DNA of 64,000 nt, from the NCBI GenBank assembly GCA_945906305.1, contig CAMDQT010000003.1, positions 98,553 to 162,552 of the forward strand, given 5' to 3'. The position numbers and the translations under genes are program-made. Origin of the DNA: Ferrithrix thermotolerans DSM 19514 (GTDB lineage Bacteria; Actinomycetota; Acidimicrobiia; Acidimicrobiales; CAIXPF01). The notes under the pieces are model-generated. The model saw nothing but the letters and a program-made list of their open reading frames with translations. It was not told where the DNA came from and did not search any database. This document shows, in pieces, positions 55,419 through 64,000 of this stretch. Numbering within the stretch: position 1 is the first letter of the stretch; each line of letters begins with the position of its first letter.

Positions 55419-56693
55419 ATGGCCAACGAGACGAACTCTGCGACGAAACGGGGCGCAGAGGCCGAAACGGGATCGTCAGCGACCTTTATGGGCTGGCGGG
55501 TCATCACCGGCCTGTTCATCGTGCTGACCGTGTCCTCGGGGTTCGGTTTCTACGGCCAGGGTGTGTACCTGAGGGCCCTGGTCGACGAGCGGGGTTGGTC
55601 CACTGGTCTGGCCAGTGCCGCCACCGCCACATTCTTTGTGGTGTCCGGAGTTTGCGGCTACGCGATATCGGGATTGCTGATACGGGTGGATGTGCGCAAG
55701 GTGATCGTCACCGGCCTGCTCGTCGGTGCTCTAGGTCTCGCCCTGTTGGGCCAGGCCCGCGAGCCGTGGCAGATGTTCGCCGCCGACGCAATCTTCGGTG
55801 CTGGCTTTGCCCTTTCGGGTTTGGTCCCCGCCACCACCACCGTGGCCCGCTGGTTCATACGGCGACGTTCGGTCGCCCTGTCCATCGCCTCCACTGGGTT
55901 GTCGATGGGCGGGATCGCCATCACGCCGGTCATCGCGGAGCTGATTGCCCGTGGTCATCTCGGCCAGGTCTCGCCCTGGCTGGCGGTGATCTGGGTGGCG
56001 GTCGGAGTGCCGGTGACGTTGGTGCTGGTGCGCTCCTCGCCCGCCGGGGAGAACCAGCAGCCCGATGGTGATCCGAGCGTCGCGGCGGCCGTCGGATTGA
56101 TTGGTCTCAGCTTTGCCCAGGCCCGGGCCACCCGCTTCTACCGGTTGCTGACGCTGGCTTACCTGTTCGTGATGCTGGGTCAGGTCGGAGCGTTGAGCCA
56201 GCAGGTGAAGCTGGTGAGCGAACGGGCGGACAGCCTGGCTGCCGCGTCGGTGACCATCGTCGCCGCCTCCTCGGTGATTGGACGCTTGGGGGGTGGTTTG
56301 CTGGTCTCCCGGGTGTCGCCGAAGGTGTTCACGACGGTCCTGATGGCGGTGCAAGGAGCGGCTCTGGTGGCCTTCGCCTTCGCTGAAACACCGGCGGCGT
56401 TGATCCTCAGCTGCATCGTGTTCGGCTTGTCGGTGGGCAACCTGCTGATGCTGCAGCCGCTGATGCTCGCCGAAACTTTCGGGGTGCGTGAGTACAGCAA
56501 GATCTACAGCATGTCCTCGCTCATCACCACCCTCGGCGTCGGCCTCGGCCCCACGCTGCTCGGCGTGCTGCACGACGCGGCGAGCTACCAGCTGGCCTTC
56601 CTGGTGGCCGCGGCGTCTAGTGGCGTGGCCTTGGTGTTGTTCATCATGGCTGGCCCGTTGCAACCCGCGGTGGCCCGGGGGGCTCACGCGTAG
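55419..56693 (+). CDS. MFS transporter (12-TM type)
   Basis: ORF 55281..56693, trimmed to the ATG at 55419, which is preceded by GGGGGGAA. It is hydrophobic throughout, with about 12 segments. Confidence 0.8.
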   Translation: MANETNSATKRGAEAETGSSATFMGWRVITGLFIVLTVSSGFGFYGQGVYLRALVDERGWSTGLASAATATFFVVSGVCGYAISGLLIRVDVRKVIVTGLLVGALGLALLGQAREPWQMFAADAIFGAGFALSGLVPATTTVARWFIRRRSVALSIASTGLSMGGIAITPVIAELIARGHLGQVSPWLAVIWVAVGVPVTLVLVRSSPAGENQQPDGDPSVAAAVGLIGLSFAQARATRFYRLLTLAYLFVMLGQVGALSQQVKLVSERADSLAAASVTIVAASSVIGRLGGGLLVSRVSPKVFTTVLMAVQGAALVAFAFAETPAALILSCIVFGLSVGNLLMLQPLMLAETFGVREYSKIYSMSSLITTLGVGLGPTLLGVLHDAASYQLAFLVAAASSGVALVLFIMAGPLQPAVARGAHA

Positions 56694-56715
56694 CTCCCTT
56701 GGCGCATCGTTGGGG

Positions 56716-58302
56716 TTAGCCGGCCATACCTTCCGCGACCAGGCGGTCGAGGGTGAGTTCGGGGTTTTCTGACTCGACCCGTTCCAGCCAGTACGGCGAT
56801 TCGAACAAGGCCAGGCGGCTCCCGTCCGCCCGGCGCAGCACGGCGACGCCGCGCATGCGGCGCAAGGCCGGTTCCGATGCTTCGTCGGTACGTCGGGCCA
56901 CCCGGTAATTCGTCGGTGACAGCTCCGTCGCGGCGCCGAACTCGTTTTCCAGGCGATAGGTCGCCACTTCGAACTGTAGGCGCCCAACCGCACCCAGGAG
57001 CGGGGCCTGGTCGCCGAATTCGGGGTCGCGTAGGACCTGCACGACGCCTTCTTCGTCGAGCTGCGCGATGCCTCGTCGGAACTGCTTGAAGCGGCCGGTG
57101 TCTCGCACGCGGGCGGTCATGAAAAACTCGGGCGCGAAGCTGGGGATGGGCGGGAAGATGACCGGGGCGTCGTTGGGATCGAACAACGAGTCACCAACGC
57201 GGACGTCGGTGGCGTTCACCAGGCCCACTACATCGCCCGGGTACGCCTCTTCGACCGTTTCGCGCTCCTGGCCAAACAATGTCGCCGCGTACTTGGTGTT
57301 GAACGGCTTGCCGGTTCGGCCGTGCGTGACGACCATTCCCCGTTCGAAGCGGCCGGAGCACACCCGGATGAAGGCGATGCGGTCACGATGGGAGGGGTCC
57401 ATGTTGGCTTGGACCTTGAACACGAAGCCGGAGAATCCGCTGTCGAGGGGGCGGCGTTGTCCTTCGAGGTCGACGCGGGGTTCCGGCGGGGGGACCAACT
57501 CGATGACCGCGTCCAGCAGTTTGCCGACGCCGAAGTTGGTCAGGGCCGAACCGAAAAAGGCCGGTGTCGACTCGTTGGCGAGAAAGGCCTTTGGGTCGAG
57601 ATCGGCTCCCACCTCGGAGAGCAACTCCAAGTCCTCCATGGCGGTGTGCCACGCCAGGCCTTCTTCGCGGGCGGCACGTTCGGGGTCGATCAGCTCCTCG
57701 GGGGCGATCTGCGAGCCCCGGGCGACCCGGGTGTAACGGGTGTAGCTGCCGTCGCGACGGTCGATAACCCCACGGAAATCACCGGCGAAGCCCACGGGCC
57801 AGGTCACCGGTACGGCGGGCAGCCCCAGCAGTTTTTCCACCTCGTCGAGCAACTCGAGCGTTTCCCGGCCGGGACGGTCCCACTTGTTGAAGAAGGTGAG
57901 CAACGGCAACCGCCGCTCTCGGCATACCTCGAAGAGTTTCAAGGTTTGCGGTTCGATGCCCTTGGCCGAGTCGAGCACCATCACCGCGGCGTCACAGGCG
58001 GCGAGCACCCGGTAGGTGTCTTCGGAAAAATCGCGGTGTCCGGGCGTGTCGAGCAGGTTGACTGCGCAGCCGCGGTACGGGAACTGCAGGGCGGTCGAGG
58101 TGATCGAGATGCCTCGCTTCTGCTCGAGTTCCATCCAGTCCGACGCCGCCGCTCGCCGGCCGTCGCGGGCCTTGACCGCACCCGCGCCGAGCAGGGCTCC
58201 GCCGTAGAGCAGGAACTTTTCGGTCAAGGTGGTCTTGCCGGCGTCGGGGTGGGAGATGATGGCGAAGGTCCGCCGTCTGTTGGCCTCGCTCAGCACGTCC
58301 AT
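56716..58302 (-). CDS. prfC: Peptide chain release factor 3
   Basis: 528 aa. RRTFAIISHPDAGKTTLTEK, DTPGHRDF, NKWDR. RF3-type C-terminal domains. Confidence 0.95.
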   Translation of the reverse strand: MDVLSEANRRRTFAIISHPDAGKTTLTEKFLLYGGALLGAGAVKARDGRRAAASDWMELEQKRGISITSTALQFPYRGCAVNLLDTPGHRDFSEDTYRVLAACDAAVMVLDSAKGIEPQTLKLFEVCRERRLPLLTFFNKWDRPGRETLELLDEVEKLLGLPAVPVTWPVGFAGDFRGVIDRRDGSYTRYTRVARGSQIAPEELIDPERAAREEGLAWHTAMEDLELLSEVGADLDPKAFLANESTPAFFGSALTNFGVGKLLDAVIELVPPPEPRVDLEGQRRPLDSGFSGFVFKVQANMDPSHRDRIAFIRVCSGRFERGMVVTHGRTGKPFNTKYAATLFGQERETVEEAYPGDVVGLVNATDVRVGDSLFDPNDAPVIFPPIPSFAPEFFMTARVRDTGRFKQFRRGIAQLDEEGVVQVLRDPEFGDQAPLLGAVGRLQFEVATYRLENEFGAATELSPTNYRVARRTDEASEPALRRMRGVAVLRRADGSRLALFESPYWLERVESENPELTLDRLVAEGMAG

Positions 58303-58561
58303 CTGTTTCCTCCCTGAGCGACCGGTCCAGCCAACCGCGTGCCGTCAGCCTGTCCGCCCGGTTGACCGTGTCGGGTTCGGTCCGCCATGCGATGCTGCAG
58401 GGCCGACCCGATAGCGACGACCAGTTGTCGCCGCCAAGTCGACCGTGGGACAGGTTAGGGGTAGCGATGTGGGTGCCAGCGGGTAGAGGCCGACAAAATC
58501 GCGGTTCGATCGATGCCGCGGCGCGGCCAGCATCGGCGCGTCCTCGCCATACGGTCGCTTG

Positions 58562-59314
58562 ATGAGCTCACCCACCGAGGTCCGACTCAGTCGTCACCGG
58601 GTGCAGTTGGTGCTGCACTTGCTGCAGCGCGGGGCGCTCTCCTCGGTGCCGTTGCTGCGCCTTCATGCCCTCGGCGGCCGCGCCGTTGAGCCGGGCCCCT
58701 GCGGGACGGAGCCGTGGCCGGGACCGGTGTGGGGGCTCGATTTCACCGGGCACGGCGCGTCGAGCCGTCCGGTCGGCGGTGGGTACAGCCCGGAGTTGTT
58801 GATGGCGGATGCCGACGCCGCGCTCGGCCATCTCGGGCCCGTTGTGGTGGCCGGATGGGGGCTTGGCGCGTACGTCGGCCTGTTGCTCGCGGGGGCGAGA
58901 CCCGCCCTGGTGCGGGGCCTGGTGCTGGCGGAGGGCGCCGGTCTGGCCGGCGCAGCCACCGACGCCTCCGTGCCCGGCGTCCTCGCTTATCCGCCCCCGC
59001 CGCTGCCCCTGGACGCGGTGGCGGCCGGAGCGGACCCGACGGCAGATCCTTACGCCTGGGCCGAGTTGCAACGCGACCCGCGTCCGGCCGCGTACGCCCT
59101 TGGGTATCTCCGCCGGGCGGCGGGCCAGGCCGATCGGGCCGGTGGCCCGATTGCCGTGGTGGCCGTGGGCGGCGGGCCGCAGCCGGCATGGCTGAGCGCG
59201 GTCGAAGCCGAGCCTTCGGTGCTGGGCCGCGATCGACTCCACGTCGTGGGCGACAGTTCCGGTCCGCTCCGCGTTGCTGCTGGCCTCGCCCTGATGGCCG
59301 CAACGGCGCGCTGA
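58562..59314 (+). CDS. Alpha/beta-hydrolase-like hypothetical protein without canonical nucleophile
   Basis: ORF 58559..59314 (TTG, then ATG at 58562). LDFTGHGAS... and VVVAGWGLGAYVGLLLA occupy the position of the G-x-S-x-G elbow, but Ser is replaced by Gly. Confidence 0.5.
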   Translation: MSSPTEVRLSRHRVQLVLHLLQRGALSSVPLLRLHALGGRAVEPGPCGTEPWPGPVWGLDFTGHGASSRPVGGGYSPELLMADADAALGHLGPVVVAGWGLGAYVGLLLAGARPALVRGLVLAEGAGLAGAATDASVPGVLAYPPPPLPLDAVAAGADPTADPYAWAELQRDPRPAAYALGYLRRAAGQADRAGGPIAVVAVGGGPQPAWLSAVEAEPSVLGRDRLHVVGDSSGPLRVAAGLALMAATAR

Positions 59315-59323
59315 TCGGCCTCG

Positions 59324-59560
59324 CTAGCGCTCTGCCTCGTCGTGGTTGGTCACGGCCTCGACCTCGATGCGGGCGCCGGCGATTCTCTGCCGACAGAAGG
59401 CGATGAGTTGCGCTGCTCGCTGGACCCGACCACCGAGGCGGTCGACGTCGAGGTTGGGGTTCTCGAGCTCGGACAGAATCTCGTCAAGCTCGGCGAGGGC
59501 CTCGGCGTACCCGGCTGGCTCAGGGTCCTCATTGGGGCGGTTGGTGCGGTCCTCAGCCAT
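59324..59560 (-). CDS. xseB: Exodeoxyribonuclease VII small subunit
   Basis: 78 aa. YAEALAELDEILSELENPNLDVDRL... is the typical XseB helical hairpin. It overlaps the xseA stop by 8 nt. Confidence 0.9.
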   Translation of the reverse strand: MAEDRTNRPNEDPEPAGYAEALAELDEILSELENPNLDVDRLGGRVQRAAQLIAFCRQRIAGARIEVEAVTNHDEAER

Positions 59561-60821
59561 CGCGTCGCACCGTATCGGGCGTCACGGTGCTGTGCAGTTC
59601 GCCCGTGGCGGTGGTGGTCACCAGGGTGTCACCCGGAGCGATGTCCGTGGGGCTACGCACCAGGCGACCGTCCGAGGCCCGCCGGGTGAGGGTAAAGCCC
59701 CGGGCGAGGGCACGGCGGGGGTCGGCAGCTTCCACCCGGGCTGTCGCCACCTGTAGTCGGCCTAGAGCGGCATCGAGGGCGATGGTGGCCTCTCGGCCGA
59801 CCCGCCGTTCGCGGTCCTCGAGGGCCAAGTCGGCTGCTCGCAGAGCCGCTCGACCTTCGCGTTCCACCAGCACCTGGCGGCGCTGCAACTCGTTTGAGGC
59901 TCCGTCGAGACGGGTGTGGGCGACAGCGGCGATGGCCTTCCAGCGGTTGTCGACGGCGCGCTGGAAGCTCTCGACGCGTTCGACGAGTGCGGCGGCGCAG
60001 GCGGTCGGCGTCTTGAAGGCGTGCTGAGCTACTTCGTCCACCACGGATCGGTCGATTTCGTGGCCGATGCCTGTCCAGACCGGCACCGCCAGGGTGGCCA
60101 CGGTACGGGCGATGATCTCGGCATCGAACGCCGCGAGGTCGGTGCGGGCCCCGCCGCCGCGTACCAGCAGGATCAGCTCACAGCCGTGACGCTGGGCGGC
60201 CTGCAAGGCCCTCACGACGGTCTCCGGTGCGGCGTTGCCCTGCACGGAAGCGTGAAAGGTTCGTACGTCGAAAGCGAAGCCGGAACGTTGCAGTTCGTGC
60301 AGCACGTCGTGTTCGGCGGCGGACCCCTGCGAGGTGACCAGGCCGATGCGCCGCGGGGCGGGTGACAGCGCCTTGTTGGCCTGCAAGACGAGCAGCCCCT
60401 CGGCCTTCAGCGTGGCGAGGAGTCGATCGCGATCCGCGACGAGCTTGCCGAGGGTGTACTCGGGGTCGATCAGCGTCATGAGCAGGGTCAGACGGCCGGT
60501 CGGCGCATAGAAGTCGAGCTTGGCCCGGAGCCGTACCTCCACCCCGTCGGTCATTCGTACCGAGCCGCCGGCGCGGTTGAGGATCTGGTTGACGACGTAT
60601 TTGCGATCGGCCAACAGCGCAACGGACAGCGAGGCGGCCACCCCCGGTCCGAGATCCTTTGCTTCGATCAGCGAAAAGTAGACATGGCCGGAGCGGGCCC
60701 GGTTGAGGTTGGCGATCTCACCGCGGACCCACACCTCGGTGGGAAAGGCCGTGTTGAGCACCAGCGACACCGCCGTAGCGAGCTCCGACACCGAGAAGGT
60801 GGGAGCAAGGTCGCCGGGCAT
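59553..60821 (-). CDS. xseA: Exodeoxyribonuclease VII large subunit
   Basis: 422 aa. The N-terminal OB fold FSVSELATAVSLVLNTAFPTEVWVRGEIANLNRARSGHVYFSL and the GIGHEIDRSV motif. Confidence 0.9.
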   Translation of the reverse strand: MPGDLAPTFSVSELATAVSLVLNTAFPTEVWVRGEIANLNRARSGHVYFSLIEAKDLGPGVAASLSVALLADRKYVVNQILNRAGGSVRMTDGVEVRLRAKLDFYAPTGRLTLLMTLIDPEYTLGKLVADRDRLLATLKAEGLLVLQANKALSPAPRRIGLVTSQGSAAEHDVLHELQRSGFAFDVRTFHASVQGNAAPETVVRALQAAQRHGCELILLVRGGGARTDLAAFDAEIIARTVATLAVPVWTGIGHEIDRSVVDEVAQHAFKTPTACAAALVERVESFQRAVDNRWKAIAAVAHTRLDGASNELQRRQVLVEREGRAALRAADLALEDRERRVGREATIALDAALGRLQVATARVEAADPRRALARGFTLTRRASDGRLVRSPTDIAPGDTLVTTTATGELHSTVTPDTVRRDG

Positions 60822-60906
60822 GTCTCAGAAGCTACCGGGCGGTCGGCCGGGCCAGTGGGGTGATTTCCCCGACGCCGCCGGGGCGCGAGGTGTGCCGGCG
60901 GAGGGC

Positions 60907-62793
60907 TCAGCCGCTGACGCTGCCGTTGGCCTCGTCACGGACCAGCGTTCGGTAGAGGTCGGCGTAGAGGCCACCGTCGGCCAGCAGGTCGTCGTGGCGA
61001 CCCCGTTCGACCACCCGGCCGGCGTCGATGACCAGAATCTGATCGGCGTTGACGATGGTCGAGAGGCGGTGCGCAATGACCACGGCGGTACGGCCGACCA
61101 GCGCGGTCTCCAACGCCGCCTGGATGGCGGCTTCGTTCTCGGAGTCGAGGTGGCTGGTGGCCTCATCGAGGACCACCACCGCGGGGTCCTTCAGCAGCAT
61201 CCGGGCGATGGCCAGCCGCTGACGCTCACCGCCGGAGAGCCGGTAGCCGCGGTCACCGACCACGGTGTCATAACCCTCGGGTAGGGCCACGATCACGTCG
61301 TGGATGCGGGCGAGGCCTGCGGCCCGCTCGAGGTCGGCGTCGCTGGCTTCGGGTCGGGCGTAACGCAAGTTGTTGCGCACGGTGTCGTGGAACAGATGGG
61401 GGTCCTGGGACACCACGCCGATGGCCGAACGCAGCGAGTCCAAGGTGACGTCGCGCACGTCGTGTCCGTCGATGCGGATGGTGCCGCCGTTCACGTCGTA
61501 GAGGCGGGGCAACAGCGAGGCGACGGTGGACTTGCCGGCGCCGGACGGGCCAACCAGCGCGAGGAGAGTGCCGCTCTCGGCCCGGAAGGAGACGTCGTGC
61601 AGCACGGGGTTGGTCTGCTTGGACAGGGCCATACCGTCCACCAGGGAGGCCAGGGTGGTGCTGGCCGCGGCGGGGTAGGTGAAATCGACGTGTTCGAACT
61701 CGATGATCCCCTTCGGTCGACCCAGGCGCGGCGCGCCGGGCTTGTCCACAATGGGGTTTGGCACGTCGAGGACCTCGAAGACCCGCTCGAAGGACACGAA
61801 CGCGGTGAGGACGTCGACCCGCAGGTTGGTCAGGGCGATGAGCGGGTCGTACACCCGGTTGACCAGCAAACCCATGGCGACGAGGTCGCCGAGGGAAAGC
61901 TCCCCGCCGATCACCCGCTGGCTGCCGTACCAGTACACCGCGGCGACCCCGATGGTGGACACGATGCTCAACGCCAAGAAGAAGGCCCGACCATACATGG
62001 CGGTACGCACCCCGATGTCTCGGACGGCACCAGCGCGGCTGTTGAACGTGTGCCGTTCGTCGTCCTGACGCCCGAACAGGGTGACCAACTGCGCCCCGGA
62101 GACCTCGAACCGTTCGGTCATCTGGGTCGACATGGCGGCGTTGTACTGCATGGCCTGGCGGGTCAGGGCGCGTAGCTGGCGACCCACCCGTTTCGACCCG
62201 GCGAGAAAGAAGGGCAAAACCACCAGCGAGAGCAGGGTCAGCCGCCAGTCCAGCAGGACCATGGCGGTGATGGTGGTGGCCACGGTGACGATCTGGTCGA
62301 CGGCGGAACCGAGGGTGCCCGTGACGGCGCGTTGGGCCCCGACCACGTCGCTGTTGAGCCGGGAGGTCAGCGATCCGGTCTGGGAGTTGGTGAAGAACGC
62401 CAGCGGCATGCGCTGAATGTGATGGTAAAGCTGGGTTCGCAGGTCGTAGATGAGGCCCTCACCGATGCGGGAGGACCACCAGCGCCCCAGCAGCGCCAAC
62501 AACCCTCCGACCACCGCGGCGGCGAGCAGGAGCCCGGCGAGAACGTTCACCTCGGCCCGGTTGCCCTGGGGTATGGCCCGGTTGAGCAGGGTCCTCACAA
62601 TCAACGGCGGAGCCAGCGCCACCAAAGAGCCGCTCACCACGGTGAACAAGAACCCGACAATGGACCACCGGTAGCCCTTGACGTAGCCCCAAACCCGCAC
62701 GAGCACGGTCCGTTGGAGCCGCTGGCCCTTGACCGCGTTCGGATCCTGAAATGCCATCCAATGCATCATCGTGACGGCCACGGTAGCCCGCAC
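60907..62793 (-). CDS. ABC exporter, fused permease/ATPase (MsbA/MdlB-like)
   Basis: 628 aa. The N-terminal half has 6 TM segments. GPSGAGKST, LSGGERQRLAIAR, VVVLDEATSHLD. Confidence 0.9.
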   Translation of the reverse strand: MRATVAVTMMHWMAFQDPNAVKGQRLQRTVLVRVWGYVKGYRWSIVGFLFTVVSGSLVALAPPLIVRTLLNRAIPQGNRAEVNVLAGLLLAAAVVGGLLALLGRWWSSRIGEGLIYDLRTQLYHHIQRMPLAFFTNSQTGSLTSRLNSDVVGAQRAVTGTLGSAVDQIVTVATTITAMVLLDWRLTLLSLVVLPFFLAGSKRVGRQLRALTRQAMQYNAAMSTQMTERFEVSGAQLVTLFGRQDDERHTFNSRAGAVRDIGVRTAMYGRAFFLALSIVSTIGVAAVYWYGSQRVIGGELSLGDLVAMGLLVNRVYDPLIALTNLRVDVLTAFVSFERVFEVLDVPNPIVDKPGAPRLGRPKGIIEFEHVDFTYPAAASTTLASLVDGMALSKQTNPVLHDVSFRAESGTLLALVGPSGAGKSTVASLLPRLYDVNGGTIRIDGHDVRDVTLDSLRSAIGVVSQDPHLFHDTVRNNLRYARPEASDADLERAAGLARIHDVIVALPEGYDTVVGDRGYRLSGGERQRLAIARMLLKDPAVVVLDEATSHLDSENEAAIQAALETALVGRTAVVIAHRLSTIVNADQILVIDAGRVVERGRHDDLLADGGLYADLYRTLVRDEANGSVSG

Positions 62794-62821
62794 CGGGGGC
62801 CGAGTTGGCCGCCCCGGTGGA

Positions 62822-63430
62822 TCAGCCGGTGGCGATGAGCCGGCCGGTGACGAGGCCTCGCAACTCGCCGATGCCGATACCGGCGTTGGCGCTGACCCAG
62901 GACACGTCCGCTCGGGCCAGGTCCAACTTGGCTAACAGATCACGTCGGCGGCTGTCGCGTCGCGACGGGGAGACCTTGTCCACCTTGGTGGCCACCACGC
63001 GGAAATCACGCCCGATGTGGCGGAGCCATTCGACCGTCTGGAGGTCGACCGGGGTCGGCCCGATCTCGCCGTCGATGAGGAGCAGCACGCTGTGCAGGGT
63101 CGAGCGGTCGATCAGGTAGCCCTCGATCATGGACTGCCAGCGCCGCCGTTCGGTTTCCGAAACCTTGGCGTAGCCGTAGCCGGGGAGGTCGACCAGCCAA
63201 CGGCCGCCGGGGGCGTTGTCGTTCTCTCGAAACTCGAACACGTTGATAAGCCGGGTTGCTCCCGGCGTCTTGGATGTGCGGGCGAGGTCCTTGCGGTTGG
63301 CGAGAGCGTTGAGCAGCGACGATTTGCCGACATTGGACCGGCCTACCACGGCCACCTCGATCTCCGCCGGGGGAAGCTGCTCGGCCTTGGCGGCGGAGCA
63401 CAGAAATCGCAACGGCAGCGGTCCACTCAC
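62822..63430 (-). CDS. engB: Ribosome-biogenesis GTPase YihA/EngB
   Basis: ORF 62822..63607. VAVVGRSNVGKSSLLNAL (G1), DLPGYGYA (G3), ATKVDK (G4). The GTG at 63430 gives the usual ~200 aa. The longer form would overlap the divergent gene start and add a Pro-rich tail. Confidence 0.85.
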   Translation of the reverse strand: MSGPLPLRFLCSAAKAEQLPPAEIEVAVVGRSNVGKSSLLNALANRKDLARTSKTPGATRLINVFEFRENDNAPGGRWLVDLPGYGYAKVSETERRRWQSMIEGYLIDRSTLHSVLLLIDGEIGPTPVDLQTVEWLRHIGRDFRVVATKVDKVSPSRRDSRRRDLLAKLDLARADVSWVSANAGIGIGELRGLVTGRLIATG

Positions 63431-63578
63431 GGCCAGCAACGGTACCGTCCTCGCCGCCGTTGGCCTGGCCAGCCGGGGCGAAGGGCCACCTGCCGGCCGC
63501 CTCGCGCCGGGGGTTGGACTAGAAACAGGGCCTGGAACTGCGCCGGTTGGGCCGGTGGCCGCACGTCCTGGGGGACCC

Positions 63579-64000
63579 ATGTCGGAGTTCGCGCTGTCAG
63601 AAATCATCGTTCACGCCGACCGGCGGGTGCTCGCGGCGGTGGTCACCCACCTTTGTGGTGACGTGGCCGCCGTGCCCGACCTGCGTGACCGGGCCCAGAT
63701 CGAGGCCAAGGCAGCGGAGGTCCTGCCACCATTCCTCGACGGGTCCGTCCAGCCGAGCCCACCGAGTGACGACGTGCTCCAAGCGGCCATGAACCACGCC
63801 GTCGGTGCGGTGGTGCCCGCGGCTTACCGGCAGATGGCTCGGGAGCAGGCCGGAATCGGCCCGGTCGAACCGCAGGCTCCGTTGGACGCCCCGCAGGGCT
63901 TCCATGTCCTCATCATCGGCTCGGGGGTCACCGGCGTTTTGGCGGCGCGCACCCTGCTCGAATTGGGCCTGGGCAACTTCACCGTGGTGGACCGCAACCC
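63579..64000 (+). CDS. FAD/NAD(P)-binding monooxygenase, Baeyer-Villiger/flavin-monooxygenase-like (N-terminal part; runs off window)
   Basis: Not in the ORF track. Hand translation from the ATG at 63579 gives MSEFALSEIIVHADRRVLAAVVTHLCGDVAAVPDL...FHVLIIGSGVTGVLAAR (GxGxxG). The frame is open to position 64000. Confidence 0.6.
   Translation, partial: MSEFALSEIIVHADRRVLAAVVTHLCGDVAAVPDLRDRAQIEAKAAEVLPPFLDGSVQPSPPSDDVLQAAMNHAVGAVVPAAYRQMAREQAGIGPVEPQAPLDAPQGFHVLIIGSGVTGVLAARTLLELGLGNFTVVDRN

Noticed and set aside
63431-63607. 59-aa Pro/Gly/Ala-rich N-terminal extension of EngB
   Set aside because: It would overlap the start of the divergent monooxygenase gene (63579) and has no counterpart in typical ~200-aa EngB proteins. 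The GTG at 63430 gives the canonical length. The extension is probably not translated.
1-64000. Search for CRISPR arrays, transposases, integrases, toxin-antitoxin pairs, restriction-modification or other defence modules
   Set aside because: I found no spaced direct-repeat arrays, no DDE/tyrosine/serine recombinase motifs, no small paired ORFs with TA-like features, and no nuclease/helicase/methylase combinations. The methyltransferases present look like small-molecule or glycan enzymes rather than DNA methylases.

Overview
High-GC (Actinomycetota-like, possibly Acidimicrobiia-type; taxon not verifiable here) chromosomal segment, densely packed with about 54 protein-coding genes. I found no rRNA, tRNA, CRISPR array, transposase, integrase or phage genes. 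Most of it is housekeeping. It includes typA, orn and dut. A nine-gene de novo purine operon runs purL (with a fused PurS-like N-terminus), purQ, C, E, K, F, D, M and N. It also holds an Fpg/Nei glycosylase, a five-gene Dpp/Opp-type peptide ABC importer, lepB, prfC, xseAB, engB, an ABC-F ATPase and several MFS/ABC exporters. I see no recognisable defence or mobile system and no clearly new system. The less ordinary parts are these. (1) A glycan biosynthesis/modification locus at about 43.98-52.47 kb has a GT2-GT4 fusion, a methyltransferase with a large unassignable N-terminal region, a 1060-aa RgpF/HAD-like multidomain protein and a second methyltransferase. (2) A three-gene minus-strand set encodes an Fe-ADH/G1P-dehydrogenase-like protein, an ATP-NAD-kinase-like protein and a histidine phosphatase. 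(3) A secreted S1 protease carries three tandem copies of a module I cannot name. (4) A coiled-coil M15 peptidoglycan peptidase is present. (5) Perfect in-frame tandem duplications sit inside purQ and inside the M15 gene. (6) An amino-acid-dehydrogenase-like protein appears to lack both catalytic lysines. All functional calls come from motifs read by eye in the supplied translations. No database search was run. Many long ORFs in the track are antisense or out-of-frame shadows typical of high-GC DNA and are not reported as genes.
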